A stretch of DNA of 64,000 nucleotides from Epithemia pelagica (GCA_946965045.2 OX337241.1:2852001-2916000), one strand, 5' to 3'; counted from the first letter of the stretch, positions 35,832 through 46,987 are shown. The notes: a model not told the origin generated them from the sequence alone. A program made the numbers and translations.

Positions 35832-36677
35832 TCAACAATGGTAGGGTTGTTCCCAACCACATAATGTTCCAAATTCGTCCAGGTCGTGAAAGCATTGCAA
35901 TGGTTCTCGAGAATTGATTCCAGCCCAACAAGATGCCGCACAAGGTGAGACTTGTCTCGAAAAGGAGGGCGACCAGGTGTGGTTCGAAAACCAAATGCTG
36001 CTGCTTGTAGTGGTAGAAATCATGGTAGTCTTGCTGGTAGTCGGACGGTTGGTCGTGCTCCACCACAACAATACCATTTGTACGACGAGAATTAGTGCTT
36101 GCGTGCCCACGTAGAGATTCCATGGACGTGACGCCGGTTTCGTGGTGGCTGGACTCGCATCGACGTGTGGTATTATTCTCGTCTTGGTGTCGATGGTGTC
36201 GGCTTTACTTGTCTGGATGGCCTTCCTTTCTGGTCGAGAGAGGGGAGCAACAGAGCTAGAACAAGTCGGAGGGCCCTTGGATAGTAGAGATTGCTTCGTT
36301 GGGGCTTCGCTCTTTGCAGTACCAGAGGTTGATACAGGCGACTTGTGGTTGTTGTTGGCGACAATCATGGCACTTGGATCGGGGATCATGCCCACCGCTT
36401 GCAACAGTTGCCGCCGTCTCAAACGGCGCAATTGAGTCGCCAACCCTTGCGACGATTGGGTTTGTTGTTGTTGCGGTGGTTGTTGCTTGAGGGGCACTGT
36501 CGATGTAGAGGCAGCGGCGAGCGAGGCGGCATTGTACAAAAAGGGACGTGGATGGTAGGGCGATTGGTAATGACTCGTTGCACTACTATTCGTCGTCGAA
36601 TGCCACCGCTTGGCATGATTGACCGTCGTTGGATGGGCATGATAATAATGACTGGATCGCATGCTTCGAATCGTCAT
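35832..36677 (-). CDS. uncharacterised RRQxLxAVG-family membrane-anchored protein (paralogue 1)
   Basis: 281-aa ORF with LATQLRRLRRRQLLQAVGM and the hydrophobic helix WNLYVGTQALILVVQMVLLWW; paralogous to 52173 and 54432. Confidence 0.8.
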   Translation of the reverse strand: MTIRSMRSSHYYHAHPTTVNHAKRWHSTTNSSATSHYQSPYHPRPFLYNAASLAAASTSTVPLKQQPPQQQQTQSSQGLATQLRRLRRRQLLQAVGMIPDPSAMIVANNNHKSPVSTSGTAKSEAPTKQSLLSKGPPTCSSSVAPLSRPERKAIQTSKADTIDTKTRIIPHVDASPATTKPASRPWNLYVGTQALILVVQMVLLWWSTTNRPTTSKTTMISTTTSSSIWFSNHTWSPSFSRQVSPCAASCWAGINSREPLQCFHDLDEFGTLCGWEQPYHC

Positions 36678-37467
36678 GGTGTAGTAGTAGAGCTTGTTGT
36701 TGTTGTGCTTGATGGCAAAGCTTGTTGCTGCTGTGCCAAAGAGTGAAAAGTGCCGATGAGAGGATGTGAACTTTTTGGATTTTGTGTGTGCAAATCCGAG
36801 GTGAGCTAAAATGCAAAATGCATCATGCTTGGATCGATCGATCGAGTTCGAATCGAGGAGTTCTCATTGGTCCAGAGACACTCACTTGCGCACTTGAAAC
36901 TGGACCATGACAGACGCGACGTGTACAGTGCCGCTAATACGCAATCTACGCCGCTCGGGCGTGGAGTGCCGCTCGCAACCGGGCAAAAATCCGAACCCCC
37001 TCCGGGGACTGTCGTTGTTGTGGTTGTTGAGAGACGATGATGATTGACATGACATGAGTGGATGGGCAACGCGCAAAACGCCAAGTGTAGGAACCCAGGA
37101 TACATTGGATCGGCAGCACCACTCATTGTTCGCCTTGCGGTACTCGCTGCCACTACCCACTACCCGTAGCCACAAGATCCTTCCAAGGCGAACAAACCGA
37201 CAAACGTCAGAGACTCTCACCTTCATTCGGAAGTAGCGGTGCGTCAAACAGCGTCACACTGCAACAAGGCGAAGATTTGTCGTGGGGGAACTGGGGGACC
37301 GACGGAAGAGACCAATCGACGACCAGAACATTAGGGGGTAGTAGAAGTTTTGTTTCCCTTATTTAAAGGGGGTGGAATTCGTCCTCCCCGCGAAACGAAG
37401 CACCGCAGCAATCCACAATGTCATGTGCCAAGAAGAAAAAGGCCTCGAACCGATCTAGAATTCCGCA

Positions 37468-38105
37468 ATGATTCCTCTTCAAGAACGTACTTCTCCTGGT
37501 TCTTCACCAAGTCTTGAAGACCTTCCTCGCTATACCATGGAAACCGGAATGAATGGAGAGCACGATGGCAGATCAATCGCCAAAGGTGGTGTGGCATGGC
37601 CTTTTCCGTGGCGTCTGCATGAATGTTTGGAGGCGGTTGAGAAGGAAGGCTTGCAGAGTATTGTCTCGTGGCAAGCACATGGTCGTTCCTTTACGGTGTA
37701 TCAACCGAAAAAGTTTGCGGAGCTCATCATGCCAAGGTACGCGTGACCGTGAGAATGGATGCTCGGAGCTTTTCTTCCGAAACGTATACTCATTTTCTCA
37801 TGTTCAACTGCAGATTCTTCAATCAAACAAAATATGCATCCTTCCAACGACAATTGAACCTTTATGGCTTTTATCGCTTCGCTCAGGGGAAGGATAAAGG
37901 AGCCTACTTTAATTTATGCTTTGTACGTGGACACCGCTCCTTGGTTCGCAACATGATCCGTCGCAAGATCAAGAACAACAAACACCTCAACAACAACAAG
38001 TCCTTGGTGGAGGATCATGACTTTTACCACCCGGCTTGGAAGAACCATTTTGAGTCTTGCGTACCCGAGGAATTGCGTCGTACTGTGCCCGATCCTAATA
38101 GGTAG
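37468..38105 (+). CDS. HSF-type DNA-binding protein; exons 37468-37736 and 37814-38105
   Basis: PFPWRLHECL..IVSWQAHGRSFTVYQPKKFAELIMPR|FFNQTKYASFQRQLNLYGF..GAYFNLCFVRG; 77-nt GTACGC..CTGCAG intron. Confidence 0.92.
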
Positions 38106-38210
38106 TAGTGAGACAAATCCTCCTGTGATGATGAACATGCGCGTTTCGATCAAATCAAGGCATGGCTTGTCCTACCCGATAAGGCAAGAATCAATACGCA
38201 AATTCCCAAT

Positions 38211-38651
38211 TTGAAGGCACGCCTCTTTCAAACGAGCTTTTATTCCTGTGGAGAAGGATCACTGTCGTTGGAGATGAATCGAGCGACAAGTCAGTCGATC
38301 ATTGACCGACAGTCCGTGAGAGATGACAAAGACAGTATCTATTCTGAGCTGAAGGAGCTTCTCGTTTTCCAGCACGAGAGGTCACTGCTTCAACTTCAAG
38401 AGACTTTTCATCTCCAAAACCAGGAGAAGGTGCGAAGACGCAGAGCACGGACCAGCTTTGCAGTATGGATTATTTTTGTGGCCATTCTTGCAGCAGTTGT
38501 TGCGAATGTCTACGAACGAGTAGGGGACTCGTCTTCATTGGATATGATGTGTGCACCAGCAATGCCAGGTACTCAGATCCAATCCGGAGACATTCTCAAG
38601 GCGCCCTGGTGGGACGGGCAGGTGCCGCCATTGTACATTGTCACGATGTGA
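38211..38651 (+). pseudogene. fragment of a coiled-coil/TM protein gene, or a distal HSF exon; ends near the MULE insertion
   Basis: 146-codon frame with a coiled coil, a TM helix (FAVWIIFVAILAAVV) and an APWW motif; no clear ATG. Confidence 0.35.
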
Positions 38652-38963
38652 AATGCGATGCGACAGACAGACCGTAGCTTTAGAAGGAGAGGTAGTCTTA
38701 GCGTAGGATTTAGGATTAGTCTTAGTCCAAACTTTAGGAGGGAGGATAATTTTGTGAGTTCGTTGTGAGCTCACAAAATTGTCCACAGCCTAGAGGGGAG
38801 TTTCTAGGGGTAGTTTCTTTTTTTGTCCACATTATGTCTCAATACTCATAATAGACCATAGTTAAATTTGATTTTGATTCTTCGGACATTATTCCGATGT
38901 CTCACTGGTACTAAATGGCAAATTTTGTGAGTTCAAGTTGTCGACCGTCTGATTTTTTGGCCA

Positions 38964-39308
38964 ATTTTGTGAGCTAAAGAACTCACTGGAACACATAAGA
39001 AAAAGTTTATTTTGTCCAATGTTGTGAGCTAAAGAACTCACTGGAACACAAAAGAAGAAAAAGTTGTGAGCTCGTCATGTGATATTGTATTGGGTCAAAA
39101 AAAGAATTCACCGTAGCACAAAAGAAGAAAAAGATGTGAGCTCGTCATCTGATAATGTATTGGGCCAAATAAAAGAATTCACCGGAACACAAAAGAAGAA
39201 AAAGATGTGAGCTCGTCATCTGATTTTTATTGGGCCTAGGTAAGGAACTCCCTGGAGCACAAAAGAAGAAAAAGATGTGAGCTCGTTATCTGATGTTGTA
39301 TTGGGCCA
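38964..39308. repeat. 70-71 bp subterminal tandem array (4 full copies plus a partial)
   Basis: cacaaaagaagaaaaag(a/t)tgtgagctcgt recurs at 39047, 39117, 39188 and 39258. Confidence 0.92.
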
Positions 39309-40274
39309 GCTACGTACTACTCTGAGGCACTAATCCCGACCATTTTTTCCTCTACTTCTCACAATCTGTGAGATTACAGAATAGAAATCTGTTGTGTTTT
39401 TTGTGCGATTGGTTTTTGTGTGCTGCGTGCTCATTTTTGAATTTATCTTGCAAGAAGCGTCACTAGACCCACCTGATATTGCATTGGGCCTCTTTGTGCT
39501 TGCCCCGTCCCGTAACTAGATACCTGGCATTGTGAGTTTTTCCACTGAATTGGGGGACATATCCGAGGTAACCAATCCCACGGCCAACCCAATTCCCAGT
39601 CCCCGCGAGACTGTGTAATCCCCCATCCCGTACGTGATTGTACAAGTAGGCCAACAGGCTGAAAAGAGGGCGATCCTTGCCAGACCGGCTGGATATCGTT
39701 AGGGGGGCGAAGTTAAGGTACTCAACAGGTACTACTTTGCGTGCTCCGGCACACCGCTTGTTTCCTAACAAAGCATCTGTTGCTGTCGCCTGCCAAGCGA
39801 CAAGGCTCTCTATCTTTGTGCTGTGGCAGGTTGGTCCATCTTGAGAATCTACACTTTTGCAATCGGACAAGCGTGGAATTCATCAAATTGGAACGATTTC
39901 AGTGCAGCCAGAGTAGCCAGAGTTCATCTTGCTCCTTACAATTCCTCAACTGTCTATGTCTGGAAATTGGGCTAGGGACTGGCAATCCCGGTGTGTGGAG
40001 ACAAGAACAGTTACCGTCAGAACTTGCTAGTTCTTGGTTACTTCCGAGTAGCTACCTAGCCTAAAGACTGCAGTGGAAGCGTGTCACACCTAATTAGCTT
40101 TGCCAGCCAAGCCCAGTGACAACTGCTCCCGGTACTGATTACATTCCATTGGTGTTTTGGCATTCTACTGCTGTGGATCACGCGTTTCGTCATTAGTCGT
40201 GACATCTCTACCCGACTGGTAAGGGAGAGATAACTACAGCAGGGAACTCAGTTGGTTAGTTTTCTGCATTAATC

Positions 40275-40754
40275 ATGTCTTCTTCTAGGAGTAATGCTCA
40301 AGACTCGGATGACGACAAAACAGACCAGCAGAATGACTCTGCCAACACTGCTAGTTCTACTGGTGTCGACCCTCTCATGACACTTCTCATGCAGAATCTT
40401 GCATCATCTGGAGAACAGTCATCCATGCTTTCCAGGACAATGTTCCAAGGTGTTGTCCAGTCATTATCACTCATAGAGATGGATAGAAATTTGCGACAAC
40501 GACGTGAATTGATGTCTCTTTCGCATATGCTTCCCAATAACCCAAATAGTGGTGTCATCTCTCAGCAAACTCATCCTGTTCGAGTAGGTAATGGAACATC
40601 CCTGACGGCGTCTCCACCAGTACGGGGCAATTTATTTCCAGAGAGTTGCACACCCATGAATGCCAATGACTCTACTAGCACCACAAGAAGGCATAGCTAC
40701 AGAAGGTGCCTGTCCAGAGACATCCAATATGGATGCGACAAAACATTTTATTAA
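40275..40754 (+). CDS. upstream ORF inside the MULE, overlapping the transposase ORF in another frame (possible N-terminal exon)
   Basis: 159-aa ATG-started ORF overlapping 40660..44001 by 95 nt; no recognisable domain. Confidence 0.4.
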   Translation: MSSSRSNAQDSDDDKTDQQNDSANTASSTGVDPLMTLLMQNLASSGEQSSMLSRTMFQGVVQSLSLIEMDRNLRQRRELMSLSHMLPNNPNSGVISQQTHPVRVGNGTSLTASPPVRGNLFPESCTPMNANDSTSTTRRHSYRRCLSRDIQYGCDKTFY

Positions 40755-43700
40755 ACATCATCAGCAGAATGTCAAAGATGATACAGCTTCCAACGCCGTG
40801 TCAGATGTGTATTGGCCAAACGGGAATACTAAGTATCTCTTAGACACCGGCCTTTTGTCCAATGATGGTAAGCCATACTTTGGATATGCATTATGTCATC
40901 TATATACCAAGACACATTCAAATGGGAATTCAAAACGGTATTTGTATTGTCTTGGTGTGATGGCATGTCAAGATCCAACATGTAATTTTCTGCAAAGACC
41001 AATGCAACCAAAATCCAAAAACCTCGGTGCCCCGCCACGTCCTGCAAAGTATGTTTGTCCGATTCATCCTGAGCTACCTCTGAAATGGATTGCATGTACT
41101 GGTGGAATCCAACAGGGAAACTCACGATCACAGAATAAAGAAGATGTCCCATGCATGATTGTTTGTGAGTTCATCAAAGACAAGAAGCAGTGGTTGATTG
41201 AGCATAAAGGGTCACACAATCATCCCAACCCACCAGTAACAAAACCATCTCCCCACGCAGTCAAACAGTTTAATGAAATTGTTACTGCCAACCCTTCCCT
41301 TGGTCCCCAGAAACTCCAAATGGGGTCATTGACAAATGATTCTGTTGTTGCCTTAGATGATGCATTTAGCACTATTAACCGTGTTAAGTACCTTCGGCAT
41401 AAGACACTTGGACGTACACCCATCAAAGCACAGGGGATTCATGGCAGCATTGGTTCCTTGCTCCAATTTACAAAGGACTTACCAGAAAAAACTTTTATAG
41501 TAAAAGCCGAGCTTGTGAAGCTAGATGAAGCGATTATAACGTTGCAAAGCAATTACATGAGAGAAATCCTACATGAAGCAAATAGCGGAATGCAATCTGA
41601 TACTGTTGAAGGAGTCATTGATGATCCTGAATTCACAGGAACAATTGACGTTCATTTTACTTCGGCATATGATTTCATCCTTGAAAGATGGGTGCCAGTT
41701 CTAATCTCATTAATTTTTGGAAGGAGCAAAAAGCATTATGAATCACATTGGAGAAGCCTTTTTCATAGCTATGGAGATTCAATTAACACGTCTTGGCAAT
41801 CCTTTGCAGCAATTTTCCCAGGAGTCACTGTAGATTGGTCAGATGCTCTTGGGATGTCTTTTATGGATGAACTCTACGACCATGCCACAATAACACTTGG
41901 TGACAAAGCCATCAACAAAAAAGATTTGTTAGCATTTCTGCAAAAATGCAACGTCCACTTTGAACGGTCTGTAACTTGCATTGAGCGAAATGGTGCTGTG
42001 GTCCCACCTTCAAAAACGGGTGATTTTTGCAAACTAATCCATACCTTTACCAACGTCAAATCAAAGTTCCATCACTATTGGAATGCGTGTCAGAAAATGA
42101 TGCAACATTTCCCAAAAGCTATGCCGTGGCTTCGTTGGTATTTACATCCGGACAGAGCACAAACATTCTTCCCTGCCTGCCAAAATTTTACATCATCACA
42201 GGCTGACAGATTTTCCAAACTATCGTCGTCAACAAATGCACAAGAAAATGTTGGAAAGCAGTTTCAGGATCTATTTCTAGTAAGAAACCGGAAAATGAGC
42301 GTCAATGAAGCAGTACTTAATGCATGGAAGTTTGTTAACAGGTTCGAGTGCGACAGAAGAAACTCTGCAAGAGGAATGCCTTTACAATATGCGCAATACC
42401 CACGTTCTTCAACCAAGCGAACAAAAAAGATGTCCAAAAATGATGGAAGAGCACCTGACACCAACAAGTCACTCAATTTGGAAAAAGAATCGAAAGAAGA
42501 CAAGGAAACTCATGTCAATATAAAGGATTTGTCAGATGGCAAACAACCAGAAATCCAGTGTAATATTTTGGACAAAGATAAAATGGAAAACAAAACGAGT
42601 TACAATGTGCAAACTTACCAAACGAAAGAAAACAAGGAGGTGCATGACAACAAACAAGGTCACATCTTCAATGGTCCATGCTGGGGAATGAAGCACAACA
42701 GTGTAATCAATATGTGCGCTCTGGATTGCTGGCTAGTGTTGATTGATGCTCCCTACCATGCGGGGCAATTATTGACTCCTTATCCAGAATTGTCAAATCA
42801 GTCCAGTTTTTTGTCGAATACATTTTCATTGTTGGATCAAAATAGAAGTGAGGAGGCCAAAGTTTTGTGGATGGACTTGTTCAATACATTTGAAATGCAA
42901 CAAGCTTTCGACAGACGCCAAGATTTTGTGAATTGCCTTGGCAATATCAATAGATACTATTGTCATTTCCCAAACACTCCAAATCCACTTTTTCAGGAAG
43001 AAGTACAAGGTGTCACAACTGTTCACCCAATGCAGATGAGCCTAACAATGTATGCAGAGCACAAATTTCATTGTTGTCGCCGCAAACGTTGTCGTTATAA
43101 TCAGCATGGAAAAATATCGACGACACACAAAAATGAATTCAATATTCAGCCAGAACATGAGGCAAGCTGGGAGGTAGTGGAAAGGGTGATGGTTGGAGAC
43201 CATTTGAGAAGTCATTTGAGAAGTGGAAGATGCAAATGTGGAAGTATTGGTTGGGTAGATAGAGCACACACTGTGACTTGGCCACATACAGTGGCCCTGG
43301 ATTTAACTACCGCGACAAGAAAATATAAAGATCTTTCGGTTCTCACACCACAGTTTGAAACAGATGACAAAGAGCTCATACTACGTGGTTGTATCCCTCT
43401 GGATGAGCAACGAGAACACTTCATAACTTTGATTAAGTGTGAAGATGGGTGGATGCAGTATGATGGTCTCAGTAATCCACACAAATTCAAGTTGTATTCA
43501 TGCGATGAAACCCAATTGATTATGGAAGGATCACCTAAAACTCTCGTTGTGGGAACATATGAAGTAACAGACAATAATGCAAGCAGTAAAGTACAGGATT
43601 TTGTTGATTGGGAGGAATTGTTTGATGTTGAGAGATCTGATCGCGTACCGCGAGATATAGGAGAATCATTGACAAAACTCTCAAGCAAAATTTTGTCACA

Positions 43701-44001
43701 ACAAAGGAAACACAAAATGAAAGGCAAGGACGACAAAAGGAAAAGGAAAGCAGAGAGCAGTGAAGAAAGTGACAACGTAAGTAGGAAAAAACCCAAAAGT
43801 GCATCAAAGCAACGCATTCCACATGGCTTTTCATTACGAGAGAACATACAAAGCCGTGGTCCAAGGCCAACTTGTCAGGGATGTGGCAAAAGAATTGAAT
43901 ATGGACAGAATACCATACGTCATAATTGGAAAGAAAAAAAGAACTTTAATTATAACACGATTTCCCAATATCATTGTGAAGCAACATTTTGCAAAAATTG
44001 A
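40660..44001 (+). CDS. MULE transposase: GCM-like Zn domain, DDE core, USP-like cysteine peptidase, PARP-type Zn finger
   Basis: GCM-like: WPNG..YCLGVMACQDPTC..RP..CPIH..C..HKGSHNHP (40813-41235). DDE: QSDT (41599), VDWSDA (41833), CNVHF (41947), STNAQEN (42244). Peptidase: NMCALDCWL (42715), EHFITL (43417), YDGL (43462). Zn finger: RPTCQGCGKRIEYG..YHC (43873-43977). Confidence 0.8.
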   Translation: MPMTLLAPQEGIATEGACPETSNMDATKHFIKHHQQNVKDDTASNAVSDVYWPNGNTKYLLDTGLLSNDGKPYFGYALCHLYTKTHSNGNSKRYLYCLGVMACQDPTCNFLQRPMQPKSKNLGAPPRPAKYVCPIHPELPLKWIACTGGIQQGNSRSQNKEDVPCMIVCEFIKDKKQWLIEHKGSHNHPNPPVTKPSPHAVKQFNEIVTANPSLGPQKLQMGSLTNDSVVALDDAFSTINRVKYLRHKTLGRTPIKAQGIHGSIGSLLQFTKDLPEKTFIVKAELVKLDEAIITLQSNYMREILHEANSGMQSDTVEGVIDDPEFTGTIDVHFTSAYDFILERWVPVLISLIFGRSKKHYESHWRSLFHSYGDSINTSWQSFAAIFPGVTVDWSDALGMSFMDELYDHATITLGDKAINKKDLLAFLQKCNVHFERSVTCIERNGAVVPPSKTGDFCKLIHTFTNVKSKFHHYWNACQKMMQHFPKAMPWLRWYLHPDRAQTFFPACQNFTSSQADRFSKLSSSTNAQENVGKQFQDLFLVRNRKMSVNEAVLNAWKFVNRFECDRRNSARGMPLQYAQYPRSSTKRTKKMSKNDGRAPDTNKSLNLEKESKEDKETHVNIKDLSDGKQPEIQCNILDKDKMENKTSYNVQTYQTKENKEVHDNKQGHIFNGPCWGMKHNSVINMCALDCWLVLIDAPYHAGQLLTPYPELSNQSSFLSNTFSLLDQNRSEEAKVLWMDLFNTFEMQQAFDRRQDFVNCLGNINRYYCHFPNTPNPLFQEEVQGVTTVHPMQMSLTMYAEHKFHCCRRKRCRYNQHGKISTTHKNEFNIQPEHEASWEVVERVMVGDHLRSHLRSGRCKCGSIGWVDRAHTVTWPHTVALDLTTATRKYKDLSVLTPQFETDDKELILRGCIPLDEQREHFITLIKCEDGWMQYDGLSNPHKFKLYSCDETQLIMEGSPKTLVVGTYEVTDNNASSKVQDFVDWEELFDVERSDRVPRDIGESLTKLSSKILSQQRKHKMKGKDDKRKRKAESSEESDNVSRKKPKSASKQRIPHGFSLRENIQSRGPRPTCQGCGKRIEYGQNTIRHNWKEKKNFNYNTISQYHCEATFCKN

Positions 44002-44463
44002 GCAGAGAGCATATGAGGTCATTCATGGAAAAGCGATGGGTTGAAGCAGAAGTGGTGAAAGTTGTTCGTGAGCTGCAACATGATGTCAGTCCAAAGTGAG
44101 GGAAAGAAACTTCTTACATAGCAATAACACTTACTACATACTATTAGGACATGCATGTGAAATGAAATGATCTTGTACTCCCGTTGTTGTTTCGTGTAGT
44201 ATATTCCAATTTTTCTCATTGGCAACTTAGTTGGAGGCTAGCTAGGACATACATGTGAAAAGAAGTGTTCTTATACCTCCATTGTTGCATCGTGTAGAAA
44301 TTCTAATTTTTGCAATTGGAATCTTAGTGGGAGGCAAGCTGGGTGATATAACAGTTCTCTCATTTTTTTGTCATAAACTCTCATTTACAAATCTAGCTTA
44401 TGACCGTACTAGGGGCTGTTGGGACACCTAGCATACCTATCATGGATAGCATGCATAGCTTCC

Positions 44464-44516
44464 AACTCACAACTCACAACTCTCGTAGCTCACAACTCAC
44501 AACTCACAACTCACAT
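44464..44516. repeat. (CTCACAA)n heptamer array at the MULE right end
   Basis: aactcacaactcacaactctcgtagctcacaactcacaactcacaactcaca; inverse of the left-end TTGTGAG motifs. Confidence 0.9.
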
Positions 44517-44568
44517 TTTTGTATCTCCCCAAACTTTAGTTACTCCTACAATAAATCCAGCCTGTCTC

Positions 44569-46765
44569 CTACCCCCAAGCAGGGGTGAGTCCAGGTCGCA
44601 CATAGGTCGTACCTAAAGGTACATCTGTATACTCACCCCCTTGGCTCGACCACCCAAAATTGGCGATTTTCCGACATTGATACAAATTGCATTTTACCTC
44701 AACGCATCCACCACGGTGCCAAACTAGTGAGGTCGATTGCATCCGCCGTGAAGGTTGTCCAACCGCACCCAAGCCCTTGTAAGCTTTCCCATCCTACCGA
44801 CGACACTTCTGCCTACTCGGTGTTGCCTTCAATTGTCCTTTCACGAGCATGGACAACCAGCAAAACACCACATTTCGCGACAACAACGAGGGAGATGAAG
44901 ATCCATCCACCGACTTCCCAAACCGCTCTATTACGTCCCTTCTCCGCCATCTCATTCTCTCCCCATAATACCGAGCGGCCTTCCAAAGGTCCAGACCTTC
45001 TGCACCAGGCACGAACCGGAACAACCATAAACCAAGACAAGACAAGACAAGGATGGAAGGTTGTGGTTGTCTCCATTGATAGTGCCATCTGATGCAGCTT
45101 TTATCTCTTCTGTCTGTGTGTCTCCTCGGTGAACGAAAGATAGCTTGAATCTTTCCTTTTGTTTCGTGATCTGAAATTGGTGCAGCGGCGGTCGTCTCGT
45201 CATTGGACACGCTTTCCCAACAACACCATGTCTTCCTTTCGTTCGGCCTCAATTCCCAGGACGAAGCAAAAGTAAACAGACGGTTCCATCGAGACTGCGT
45301 TGAAGAGCAAACGATTTTGTTTTGATATTCAGAGACAGTCCGCTTCTAGAGCTGTAAACCTCTGACATGCTCCAACTTGCAAAAGAATACTTGTTGATGC
45401 TCGACTTCCTTGGCTACTCTTGACTGGACCTCTAATGACCTACTCGCTTGCTGGATTTGGCTGTCAAGTCTATATTATTATAAGTACTATTACAGGATTT
45501 TCTTCTTCTCTTGTTGTATACAAAAATAGTAATTTCAAAAACAGGCAGCGCGAGCAAAAACACACCCTTCTCGTTTCACCATGGCTTGTTGGGCGGCCAA
45601 GGCCGAACCCAATTCTTCCGATTTTTGTTTGGACGACGACGACGACGAGTTCCAGGCATTGGCCAATTCTGGATTGGATTGCAACAATTGTTGTTATACC
45701 AACAATCAAGCCTTGTCCCTGCCATATCGTGGTTGTGCGGCGGTCATGGCCAATCGGTTTCACAGATCCGCCTCTCCACTTCTCGAGCCAAGCGAGCGCC
45801 TCCACATTTGGGCACAACGTGCCCAGACATTCACAAAGAAGATCCCGAACGGCGCCAGTCACAGAAACATACTTGTGCGCCACCAGAATGGCCGGCCGTA
45901 GTATCTGGCCGTTGATTCCCCACCAGGAGTCGTCGTCCAGTGAGCCCACTCATTCCACCACAAAATCCAACAAGGCTTGCGCAAGACATTTTGCGAGGCC
46001 CGATTGCGTGCCTCTCGAATTCTTTGTTTTCATATGGTGCCTTGATAACATTCCTCGTATCGTTCTTCCATGGAGTGCACTGCGTGTAAAGGGAATGTGT
46101 TCGCCATAAGAGAGAGGCATGTGATTCCAAACTAGATTGCAACTGCGCCTTGGAGTATCCGATGGAAGTTGTGGCACTGCTCCCGGTATTTGATGAATGG
46201 AATCCGTGGAGCGTCTTGTTGCGACCTTTGGACGGCCCGTGGTCAAAGATGATGACGAGAAACCAGAACTATGATACCATGGGTTGAGCCTGAGCGTTGG
46301 TCCGTCCCGTTGCTTTCGTTCGTCGTCCTCCGATTCATTTGAGGGAGCACCACGCAAAACCGCATCCTCCTGAGATGGTTCTCGGTTTCGGTTGCAAATG
46401 GGCGAAACGACGTGATACCGGGGGTTGAGGAGGAACGGGCCTGGGATGTAGGAGTGTTGTTGGTTTTGGCGATGCCAGTATCAAAACCTGCTCTTGCAGA
46501 TGCCACCGGCTGACTTGGGTCCACCTGAGCTTCATGGGCTTGTCGGGTTTGCTTCTGAGAAAGCTTCCGACGTTTATGTCAAGAAGAAGACATGATGTGG
46601 GTCGATTTGATACCTCTGCACCTCCACCACCGTAATGGATGCGTGGAGGTAGAATGAAATTTGTATCAATGTCGAGAGCGACCAGGTCGAGCCAAGGGGG
46701 TGAGTAGACGGATGCACATCGTGCATCCAATCACGCGTGACTGACTCACCCCTGCTTGGGGGTAG
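44569..46765. mobile_element. non-autonomous element with ~150-bp patchy TIRs carrying a decayed gene fragment
   Basis: Terminal 23 bp identical in inverted orientation (CTACCCCCAAGCAGGGGTGAGTC), with further matching blocks TACTCACCCCCTTGGCTCGACC and CGACATTGATACAAATT. Flanking direct repeat CCTGTCTC (44561-44568, 46766-46773), readable as 8, 10 or 12 bp. Confidence 0.85.
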
Positions 46766-46987
46766 CCTGTCTCCTCCTATCCGAATCAACATGAAATCGA
46801 TGAAGAAGAAGCAAAATGATCCTGAATCCAGCACTCTATAGAAGAAGAATCTCGACAGTACCAACATAATGTATCCAACGGGTTCTCAGACCAAACACTG
46901 ATCCTCCCGACTTTCGCTGCACCGGCCATTGCGTCTGAAACACCTCCTCTGACGTATCGTTCTTGGCGTCTGATCCTTAAGGCCTCA

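Larger units (their letters stand above)
38738..44530 (+). mobile_element. Mutator-like (MULE) DNA transposon without long TIRs, 5793 bp
   Basis: Direct repeat AAACTTTAG (9-bp TSD; extends to CCAAACTTTAG) at 38729-38737 and 44531-44539. Both ends start with G-rich bases and carry TGTGAGTT at positions 16-23. TGTGAG/CTCACA arrays are inverted between the two ends. Contains a transposase ORF. Confidence 0.85.

Noticed and set aside
39030-39308. Regular 70-71 bp repeats as a possible CRISPR array
   Set aside because: Whole units are similar with no unique spacers, there are no cas genes, the context is eukaryotic, and they sit in a transposon arm.
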